From positions 7,998,001 through 8,062,000 of the forward strand of contig OZ176053.1 in assembly GCA_964247055.1 (NCBI GenBank): a stretch of DNA of 64,000 bases, read 5' to 3'. This document shows, one piece after another, positions 53,376-64,000 of the stretch. A model generated the notes under the pieces. It searched no databases, was not told the origin of the DNA, and worked only from the letters and a program-made list of their open reading frames with translations. How positions within the stretch are numbered: the first letter of the stretch is position 1; every line of letters starts with the position of its first letter. This DNA is from Paragordius varius (lineage: Eukaryota > Animalia > Nematomorpha). The position numbers and the translations under genes were made by a program.

Positions 53376-56300
53376 TATCAACAATGCAACATTTATTCAT
53401 ACATATCTGAATTATTAGTTAGTTATATTGATTAAAAATATTTTGATACAATCGCGAAAAAAATGATAAAATAAAAATATGTAAAGCGTTTAGCCGTGCG
53501 CATGGGCGTTAAATAGTCGGATTCTTATAATGTCTTTATAATGCGATATTCGTTTTCATTATATATACATACATAGCTAAGTAAACAAATAAGGGGGTTA
53601 TTAGTATAAATTTTTATGCATATGTATAAATATAATAATTAATATAAATAAATATTACTTGAATTTTAAAAAAGCAAAAGTTATAATAATTACAAAATAT
53701 CCATCATTAATCAATAACAAACAAACAAATTATGAGCGAAATTAATTTTAAATCGTAAAAAAGGAGAATCGGATAAAATTAGTATGTAGTATATATTTAT
53801 ATGTATATGTAAATGTGAAAGTAGTATTGTGCAAAAAAGTAAGCTTTTATGAATAAAAAATTATTATTATATAAGTGAAAAAAAGGAAAAAGAGCTGCTT
53901 CATAATCAAATTTTGATTTTTTTATTTGCATTCAACAAATTTATTATAATATCCAAATTTTTTATACAATTTAATTTAATTATTTTTTATATAACATATT
54001 TTTTTAACATTTTTTTATATTAAAAAGTGCATATAGGGGCATGAATTGCACAAATCACACATAAAAATTTAATTAAAAAAGTTTGGCAGAAAAAAATTAA
54101 TTAACTATTTTTTAAACATATCTCTATTCATGATGATCGCCGATAAAAATAATTTTTAAAAATATATATGAAAAAAAAAATTAATAAACACATTAAACGA
54201 GAAGCCGTTAGTAAATATTTGATTTGAATATGTGGGGGAGTTTTTTGTGGTGCTACTAGACTGAAAGGACCACATATTTGTTTAAGTGTGTTTTTATAAA
54301 AAAATATACAAAAACATGCGAAAACCAAGAGAGGGGAGAGAGATTAACGTTTCAAAACAAATATTAATTGGTTAACCAAGTTAGTCAAAAGAAAGCTTAA
54401 TGAGAAAGGCGGGATATGTGTAAAAATCATAAAAATTTTTTTTTTTCAAAATAGAATGACTTAAAATTATTTGGATTGTATAAAAAAAATAATCTATATA
54501 TAAATTTACATGGCAAACATATGCTATAATAATAATTGGTGTTATTTCCTTTGGATTGGTAATTATGAATCTATTTTATTTTTTTTTAAATAATCCTACT
54601 CAATGCAAAGTATTGCGAATTCGTATATCCATATTTTAATAAGCTATAAAATTTAATTATACACCTTATCTAAATATTTTATTTGGTTACAAGTTATCAA
54701 ACGTATTTTAAAATATCTAGTTTTTTTATTTGAAATTAAATCCTATTTGGAACCCAAGATAAATCGTCTTTCCAGCGATAGGAACCGGAACTGTTTTTGT
54801 CGTACCAATATAAAATTTGTAAACCAGAGGAATAAAACGTTATATATATATATTTAATTGCTATTCGCTTTTGTATTTAATTTTATTTAAAATATGCATT
54901 TTAGTTTAGAAAAACGCTCAATTTATTTTTTGTTGTGCAATTAATTTAATAAATAGAAATGGGACGAGAATTTTTGCAAAAAAGCGGCGGTACAATTTTT
55001 TCCATAAAACTTTTATTGATTAGCCATTTAATTAAAACCGTTTTTTAGTTTGGAGTCTCTTTTACTAAAAGGGCAGGGACTAAACTTGTTACAAATCAAT
55101 TATTTTGTCTCATCATAAATTTAAGTGTATAAATCAATAAGGAGGCTTATGGTTGGGTCGATGAAAATTAATTTGTGCCTACTTTATTGTAATTATATTC
55201 AGCCGTAAATACGATCAATATTATGATAATAAATATTATCAAAGACAAATATTTATACCCGTTATATACTAATAACAGAATCGAAAAGTAGGCGCTCAAA
55301 AAACCAATGTTAGCCTGAAATAAGACCAACATATTTTTTAAGATATGAAAGTTTATCGGGGGAGGCATTTAATTTGTTTTTGCAAGTAATCATAAAATAT
55401 TTAGTTAAATTTTTATTCCCACATAAAAAAAATTATAGTGGAACACAATGCTTTGATTGTTTGAACTTTAATATATCAATATATCACTACTATTTATAAA
55501 TAATAACAGTATTAATTTATCTGTTTTTGGGTAAATTCCAGATTGTTTGAAAATTCAAAAAATATTTTAGCTCCGATTTTCGATTGTTTTACATCTATTT
55601 TTGTTGAGCAGTTTACAAGCGCCATTCTATACTTAATTTTCAAACTAAAGGTCAAAACTGCTGGCATTTCATAATTAACATGAATGAGATCAAGATTATT
55701 TTTTACACATACATATTAATTTTTTAAGTGCTTTTTTTAAAAATTTAAATTGATTTTCTAACATTCATAATTATGATAGATAACCTTAAAATCGTATTTT
55801 AAAAAATTAATTGTTATATTACAACAAAAATAATTTATTTAATAAGTAGAATATTCAGGTTTAAAAAGTATTTGCTTATCGATAATCGCATCATTTTATA
55901 TCATGATATATATATATATATATATATAATAAATCATATTTTAATTTAAAAATCATATATCTGAGGCAACATTTAACGAAATCTAAAAAGTTTAAAAAGT
56001 TTTTGAAACGAGAAGAAAACACAATATGATATATTTTGCTCTGAAGTGTATGCCCTTTACCACAATTGATGCATAAATTTTGATGATAAGATAACAAAAG
56101 AACAACAATAAATTAGTTTTTTTTGAATTATAATTTATTTCAAGATAGAAGATTCACTAATTAATTTCATTTTTGAAAGTTTAAATCTGCTAAAATATGT
56201 AAATATGAACATTTTTTGTTGTTGATATATTAATGAATATAGGTAGACGTGTTTGCACTTGAAAACAAGGAATTCTAATTAATATAATATTGTTTGCACA

Positions 56301-57499
56301 GAGATAAAATTTTGAGATAACAAATTTATTTTATTTGTATATATGTACTTTTAACTTTAATAAATTTATAATATCAAAAAATATATATAATTATATTTTA
56401 TAATTATATATACTATAAATATGTATTATTCATGATGACCGGCCCAATTTACATAAAAATAGAATAATTAATGGAAAAATATCAGCCAGCGGCAAATTAA
56501 TTAAATTAAATAATTACATAAATTAGTATAAAATTTTTTTTATTAGATTTGTGTAAAACAGTTATTTTTAGCGCTAAAATTTTAACAAGATAATTTATAT
56601 TTATGGGTGTAAGTAATGCTAAATGCTAATTTAACAATATTTGAAATAATCATCAATATTTACATTTAAGGATTTCGGAATAAGATTTCTATCAGTTTTT
56701 AGAACGGTGGATGGGCTATTTTTCATCAGGTTTAATGAAAAGAGATTTGAAAATCTATTTTTTTATCCTAGCCCAATAATTAGAAGCCAAAATTTGAAAT
56801 TTTAATAAGTTAGGTTACGGCTCTAGAACCAATTGATGTGAATATGTGAAATTTATTCTTCTGGTTCCCTATGTTAAACAGTCAACAACCACACTCTATA
56901 ATTGGTATTTTTAAACCACCTTAAATATAAAATTAATTTACGAGATTGTTTTATTTATCACCAAAAAAATATTTTCTTCAGTTTTGCCAAATTTTTTGTT
57001 TGTAGATGATACAACTATTTCACAAATTTATGATTAGTAGTGTACCTAATACAAACACTTTATTATAATTGAGACAATCATTTATAATTTATAAAATTGG
57101 TATAAAAAAATATTCTTCCAACATGATATATAGGGAATTCACATATTTTAAATGATAAAACCCTAAGAATTAACATTGATGACAGAAAACATCGCAAAAA
57201 GAATTCATAAAGGTGAATGATGGATATCATCGAACAGCCTCTTAATCAAAGGGTCGATTAAAAAATGATATTAAAAAATTAAAAATCAATATGCTGTTAT
57301 TAAATGATTAGAACATATTTTTGAACAGACATAAATACAGTAACAAGACCTATCAATGGCAACATATGTTAATTGACTAAAGGGGGATTTAATTTAAAGG
57401 TCTGTAGCCTTGTAGCAAGGTTTTCTATTAATCTCATACATATCAACAGGAAATTTATTAACACGACCAATAACTATCATTACTGTTAAACAATAAACG

Positions 57500-57720
57500 T
57501 GAATGTTTAATGAGATAAAACATCTTCTAAGGAAATATGTGTTGCTAATCCCAAAGCAGACACAGTTTTTGGTACTTGCAATAATTTTCTGTGACAGATG
57601 GGGCCAAACCCAGGGGTCCGGCGTTCATTATTGCGCCATAAATACACATAGATGTCCCATACAATTTCGAAAATGTCCATATATCCTTTTACCACAGAAA
57701 CAGAACTAAAAACACCCAAA
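57500..57720 (-). mobile_element. Possible L1/Tx1-type LINE ORF2 remnant
   Basis: YLWRNN...LLQVPKTVSALGL resembles the post-RT FxW...LxxPKxxGGLG motif; no other motif confirmed. Confidence 0.3.
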
Positions 57721-58454
57721 AGTAATATAACATTATTTTGCCAAAAATGTATTGTTGTTTGCGCTACGGATCTTAATTATTTTTCCATATTTGGATTCAA
57801 ATATTTGCAATCAATACCGGAAATAAGGGACATTTGGGCCCAAATTTATCTTCTATAAAATATTTAGCAATTTATAATCTTTTGGGATGGTAACTTCCTT
57901 AGAGCGATTTTAATCTTTTTTGTAAATATATATTCTCCTTTGTATGTCATTCAAAAATCAAAATTTAACAATCCAAAATTTTAATTTAGGTTTTTTGAAA
58001 TTGTATCGCACTATTGGTTTCAGGTCAGTCGGTAATCCTAGATCGAGATTTTAGGCTCAAATTTAAGATTCTATGTTGAGTCAAATTTATTCACATGCTT
58101 AATTTAATATTTTATAATATTTATATGTAAATATTAATCATAGACTGCCGAATATATATTTTAGTAAAACCATACACTTATACAATTATGGTAAAAATTA
58201 AATTTTTGAACAAAGTATGCATGAGTCTTATGAGTTATTTAAGAAAGTTATTACCACTTTTGTAGCAAGTGCTCCAATGATGAAACGTGGTATTTCGAAA
58301 CATGGTGGAAACGGTATAATAAGTCTTTGAGACAGTCTTACAAAAAAATTTTAGAGCCAAAAAATATTTTTGTTGTATCAAGGGCTACCGTTAAAATTTT
58401 GACATTTCAAATATTTATATTCCTAAAGTATAAAAAATTTAATAAACAATTCGG

Positions 58455-58513
58455 GCCATAAGAAAGCACTTTGGCCGCATGCGGCCCGTGGGCTGCTGTT
58501 TGAGTTATCACTG
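58455..58513. mobile_element. Solo hAT (Charlie-like) terminal end
   Basis: GGCCGCATGCGGCCCGTGGGCTGCTGTTTGAGTTATCACTG, a GC-rich palindromic subterminal block ending in CTG. Confidence 0.5.
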
Positions 58514-59284
58514 CTTTAAGATAATACACCTTTGCTGCATAATTGGATAATCCTGAACATTTCTCTCACCTCAAAATATTAACTTAAAGATTCGTTTGCT
58601 CTTAAACTCAGTTGAATTTCGGTATAAAACAATTTATAATCATATATTTAAAACGAGCGAATTTTTTAATCAAAGTTTTGAGATGATAGAAATATTCAGC
58701 ATCATCGATTTAAATAAAAGATGTTTTTATCATATCTTAAAGCGCTTTTATACCGTTTCCATCCTCAAAAAAGCATAAAGTAGCTTTCAACAAAATTATG
58801 AATTGAACAAAGTGTGGATATTCAAAATTATAATTTGACATATATTTAAAAATTATAAAACGAATACGTTTATTTTCAGAATTTTTAAAGTTGTGCTAAA
58901 ATTTTGTATTTTCAGGTTTCGCTTTTAGCATATCATACATTTTGCTATTTTGGGATATAGCATTAGCTTTTAACATTCCAATATATGAAACATCTAATTT
59001 TGCGATTTTACGATATCGAGCGAATACCATAAAAGTGTAATTACCTTTGTATTAATCGTAATCAAAATTAAAAGCACCATGAGAATTCTAATACGTTTAA
59101 CAATCATCGGAATATTTTTTACAGTCACCGATTTTGTCCCCAATATTAAATTCATAAGTTAATTAATTAAAATGTTTTTATAACCCATTACTTTTATCCA
59201 TTTAATAATTTTTATAGATAAAAAGCGTCAACATAAGTAGAATAAATTTTTTTAAAAAGATAAACTTTGCTTCTTGCTTAATAA

Positions 59285-59850
59285 CACTTGGATACAAAAC
59301 ATTCATTTCAGTCCTTTAATTCAAATTGGGGTAATTGGATACCCCAGGCCTGTTTAAAATTAAATACTTTATAAAATATAGAAGGAATCGAAACCAGGGC
59401 AAAATTTTGCACCTATATAACATTGATAAACAGTAATATATTAAAAAATTTGTTCAAAAATACTTGATATTTCTTTTTTTATGTAAAACCCAAAGGCTAA
59501 AAATTTGGTCATTGTGACATTGCATTGGCTAAATTGAAAACTAATACAAAAACATCACCTTTTCTATTTCTATGTTAGATGTAACTTAAATAAAAAATAG
59601 CTTTAATTTTAACGTTAGAATCAAATAAACACAATATTTTGCAAAATTTTTGCAAAATAAAAATGGCGTCTAAGTAGTTTGACATGGAATTTTTTTTAAA
59701 GCGAAATTTAATTTAGATATTTTGGCTTTTTTATATAAATTTTATTAGGATAGAAGCATAATTTAAATTGGGACTGTTTCCTTCAGTAGTTTTATGGAAA
59801 TATTAATTCTTGGTTTGGGGTTTATAGATACCCCAATTTGAATCAAAGTG
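59285..59850 (-). mobile_element. piggyBac-like MITE, copy 3
   Basis: ATAA|CACTT...AAGTG|TTAA; colinear with copy 2. Confidence 0.85.
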
Positions 59851-60064
59851 TTAATTGTGGTGGTTAATTTTATTACAGTCCCATGATCAAAATTGATTTT
59901 GTTATGTTTTTTAATGCGGATCTCCAGGACCTGGCAATAGAGGTCGCGAAGTCATTTGCGCTGAAGCCTAGAATAACCCTAAAAAACTTGAATCATTAGG
60001 CATGTGAAAATTTTAAATTTCATATAAATTTTAATTTTTGCATATTTTTTTGTCATACATTTAA

Positions 60065-60586
60065 CACTTAGGTACCCACATTCACTTCAGTCCTCAGATT
60101 TATATTGGGGTCGAAAGTCTGTATTTCCAAAAATAGGAAACAAATTGTAAAAGTTTGCCTTACATAACATTGATGCACCGAAATATAATTTTTTTAAAAA
60201 AAACTTGATACTACATATTTTATATATATAACCTTAAGGTATATATTTAGTCAAGCCGATATATATGCCTTAGCTGAATTTAAAAATGCAATATAAATCA
60301 TCTGTTTATATTATTGCTAGATGTGATTTAGAATAAAAAATTACCTTTATTTTACCGTTAAAATCAAATAAATATAATATTTTGCATAAATGATGTAAAA
60401 TAAAAATGGTGTCTAATTTACTGTGGAATTTTTTTTCAAACTAAATCTTATTTAGATTTTGTGCCTTATTTATGTAATTTTGTTAGGATTGAAGCATAAT
60501 TTATATTAAACTGTTTCTTTCAGTAGCGTTTTAAAAATAACTTATATATAGTCTGGGGTTTTAAAATGCCCCAGCGAATCGATGTG
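60065..60586 (-). mobile_element. piggyBac-like MITE, copy 4 (older, more diverged)
   Basis: TTAA|CACTT start; shares AAAATGG(C/T)GTCTAA, TTAGGAT.GAAGCATAATTT, TTTCTTTCAGTAG and GTCTGGGG blocks; far end degraded. Confidence 0.7.
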
Positions 60587-60780
60587 TGATGTGATAATAT
60601 TTCTTCAAAACTAAGTGCAGTAATATAAATGTCCCCGCTCTGAAGCTCAATGCGTTACGGGTGAAGGGAATGTCTTGACGGCAGATGGCCGACGATCTTT
60701 CGACGCTACACTTTTTATGTAAATATAAATTTTATCCCTTTTTGTGTGCATGGTATACTCACATAAAAAGGTTTTTCAAC

Positions 60781-63112
60781 ATGACTGATAATTCCGATCA
60801 GACTTTTCGATTTCGGGCCACATCTAAGTAAAATAGCGTATAAATATTTAGATATTGGAATCATTCATTGTACAAATGGTGTCCCACATCGTTTGCCGAA
60901 ATTGAAAATGCGGAAAACGCTATTTTATCAAGTATTTTATTGTATGAATTTAGAACTTAAATGCACCTATAACCGTTTTTTCGTGAATATTGCCCCGAAC
61001 ATAAATATTTGGACTATACTTTGTTCACCATCTAATTATGATCAAAAAAATGAATTTGAAAGTTGTAATCATAATTGTGACATAAAAACTAAGAATTACA
61101 ATAAAAATATTCCATTGGTTATGGTACATGGATTCGCAGCTGGCATGGCATTTTGGGTAAAAAATTTGGATAGTTTATCGGCCAAACGAAAGTTATATGC
61201 ATTTGATTTGCTTGGCTTTGGCAAAAGCAGTCGAATCGATTTTTCCAATAATTCTGAAGAGGCGGAAAAACAATTTATCATATCAATAGAAAATTGGCGG
61301 AAATCGTTAAATCTTGATAAAATTATTTTACTTGGTCATAGTTTTGGTGCGTATTTAGCAGCATCTTATGCGCTGCAAGTTAGATTTTACTTTTAAATTT
61401 ATAGTATCCTGATCCGATCGAACATCTTATCTTATGTGATCCATGGGGTTTTCCCCAAAAACCCAATAAAGATACAACACTTCCTTCAAAAGTTAATGCG
61501 CCTCTTTGGTTGAAAATGGCAGCAGTCTTTTTTCAACCTTTTAATCCTTTATCGGCTGTGCGGCTTGCCGGTCCTTGGGGTAAAATATACATTTTGTCTT
61601 TTCCAATCAATGCTTAATATTTTATCAGCATTTAAAACATTTGTTTGGTATATTAGTAAAATATTCGCGGCCTTCGGTAAAAATTCAAAAGATTTGAAAT
61701 AAAACTCTGCTTAAATTTAATATACTCTCATGAAATTAATTATTGGTAATTGAAATATTCGTTATTAAAAAGAACACGGTGTATATTTCATAAAAAATGA
61801 TCTTTTAACTTTAAACAACTCAACCATGGCTGTTTAAATAACACAAATTTTGAAACTCATCATAGTGATATGTATATTTGTCATATTAGTGCAAATGCCC
61901 CATAAAATGTTTTTATCTCTTCAGATTGAATAAATTTATATATTTTTTACAGGGCAAGTGCTTGTTGAAAAAATGCGACCTGATTTGCAACGTAAATTTA
62001 CCGATGTTTTAGGAGATGGGGATAATAGCGTTACAAAATATGTTTATCATTGCAATGCTCAGTACCCTTCGTAATTTTTCATTTTTAAGCGCTTACCTAT
62101 AACTTTATTTTTGGCTAGAATGTCGGTTTACTAAATAAATGAGCGTCAATATAAAAAAAAAACTTATCTTCATAATAATAAATGCTAAATTTTGGATCTA
62201 GGCATTCAATTATTTATTCATGTATTCAGTCGTCTATAAAAAATTTAATAATGGTTTACATTTAACTGTTAAAAATTTAGGATATCAAATAATTTGGGGA
62301 TATTAATCTCATTTTGTAAATTAATATATTATGAAAAATAACATTATTTGGAATTTAAGTTTTTTAATTAAATAAAATTCCTGTTGCACAAAAGAATACC
62401 CTTCATATTTTCAAAAATTAATATATTTTTTCTCAATATAATAAAAGTAATTAAAAGAATATTTTATTTTGTATCATACTAAAAAGGGGGGAAACTGCAT
62501 TCACCTCAATGACCATACCCTATGGATGGGCCAAAAGACCCATGATAACTCGCATTGGGAAATTAAAGGCCACCATACCCATAACATTTATTTATGGATC
62601 TCGAAGTTGGGTCGATAGCAACGTCGGTTTTCAGGTTAAATACCTCCGACCTGAATCTTATGTTGGTGTCAAGGTTTAATATATCCGAATAATTCTTGAT
62701 ATTTTGATCACAAATTAGAAAAATATATAAATTTTTTTCAAAATTTTCATTTAAAATGATATATTTTACGTTCCATTAAATCAACAATATATGTCTTTAT
62801 GTGATGTAGATTATAACGGGTGCTGGACACCATGTTTACGCCGACCGACCGAAAGAATTTAATCACATTGTTAACAGTATTTGTCAAAGGGTAGATGAAG
62901 CTTTCAATAAACCACCGCCGCCTCCGCCAAATGACAAAAATGAAGGCATAAAATCACCCAATATATCTATTCCCCCTTCAAACAACACTATAAAACCCGA
63001 ATCTCAAATGGACGAGAATGTTACAGAAGGTAAGACTATTATACCAGCGCCTGAAACAAAACCTACTGACCCCTTACCAGATGAACAGTTTTTACCACCG
63101 TTTGTTGAATGA
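60781..63112 (+). CDS. ABHD4: ABHD4/ABHD5 (CGI-58) family alpha/beta hydrolase
   Basis: Exons 60781-60827, 60852-60931, 60954-61378, 61405-61579, 61953-62070, 62487 to about 62673, about 62810-63112. Motifs [97 protein letters not shown]. Introns of 24, 22 and 26 nt plus longer ones. Confidence 0.93.
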
Positions 63113-63958
63113 AAAAATAATATATATCATTAAATTTATTATAATTTATTGTAGAGAAAATAATAATATATATGCAATATGTTAGATTACAATATATTTA
63201 TCCGTTAAATGATATGAAATAAATTGTATAATTTATTAATTTTGACTGCTTACTATACTTGTTCATGGCCATTTTCACGTATTGGCTCTGAGTCAAAAAA
63301 TAATACCAATTTACGAAATTGTTGATGTAACAAGCCTGAAACCTAAGATATATAATGATATGATAAAAAGTATTTTATTGATTTTTACCTGACTAATGTG
63401 GTACCGTAAAAAGTATATTGCCAAAAAAATTTAAGTACATCATAGGTATTTTCAATGTATTAATACCTAATTATCCTTAAACTTATTAAAATTATAAAAT
63501 TTGAAAATTTATTAATTTTATGAATTTGCAGATGAAAAATGCAAAAGTCATATAATTTTGTTTTAGGTAACAATTAAACTAGCAGAAAAAATATAAAATG
63601 GGTAATACTGGTTACTATTATGATAGCTTTTAAAAACAATGTTTACCAAATGTAAATGGCCAATATCCTAAATACTTTTTAAGATATTCGAGTGGCTTTG
63701 GGATACAATAGCCACAAAAGCTAATGAAGTGTTAAACCAAAAGTTTTAAAATATAAATATATTAGTTTTATAACATATTTTATGAACCTTCTATAACGTG
63801 ATTAAGTATAGAAGCACAGATCAAAAATCGGAAAATTGTAGTATATCCTCATATCAAATTTTCGCCATTTTTTATTTGGAGTTTAATCGCTAATATATTT
63901 TATTAATATTTAATGATTTAAAAATCCGAAGGCCTGATGGTATAGTATGTAAAGCACC

Positions 63959-64000
63959 AGACCTTTACACATGGGCGGAGAGTTTCAGAATTAAACCCTG
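63959..64000. mobile_element. Possible start of another hAT-like element at the window edge
   Basis: CATGGGCGGAGAG... resembles CA(G/T)GGGCG-type termini; the partner end would lie outside the window. Confidence 0.25.

Noticed and set aside
54320-54345. GA-rich tract as the ADAMTS promoter element
   Set aside because: Plausible location, but the sequence alone gives no support beyond low complexity.
60625-60645. AAATGTCCCCG as the RNase MRP P4 5' strand
   Set aside because: No complementary downstream GGGGCT-type element and the island is too short.

Overview
Very AT-rich eukaryotic, evidently animal, genomic DNA; I cannot name the organism. Seven protein-coding genes were reconstructed by hand-splicing: BLTP3/UHRF1BP1-like lipid-transfer protein (+, 9961 to about 20323), PRKRIP1 (+, 26856-27401), xylulokinase XYLB (-, 27409-29463), TANGO6/RTP1-like (+, 29495-32605), a BTB/POZ protein (+, 33449-35438), a full GON-1/ADAMTS9/20-type metalloprotease (-, 36329-53375) and an ABHD4/5-like lipase (+, 60781-63112). 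Transposon debris lies between and inside the genes: a three-level nest (hAT > Helitron > hAT MITE), four copies of a TTAA-flanked piggyBac-like MITE, a decayed RTE-type LINE plus fragments, a Penelope-like remnant and other MITEs. The most striking signal is a class of ultra-short GT-AG introns of 22-26 nt (11 well supported, in 3 genes). They coexist with 70-3800 nt introns, and none was found in the ADAMTS gene. PRKRIP1-XYLB-TANGO6 also form an extremely compact cluster, with 7 bp between stop codons and 31 bp between start codons. No rRNA, tRNA or CRISPR array was recognised. Protein-family calls rest on remembered motifs, not on database searches.
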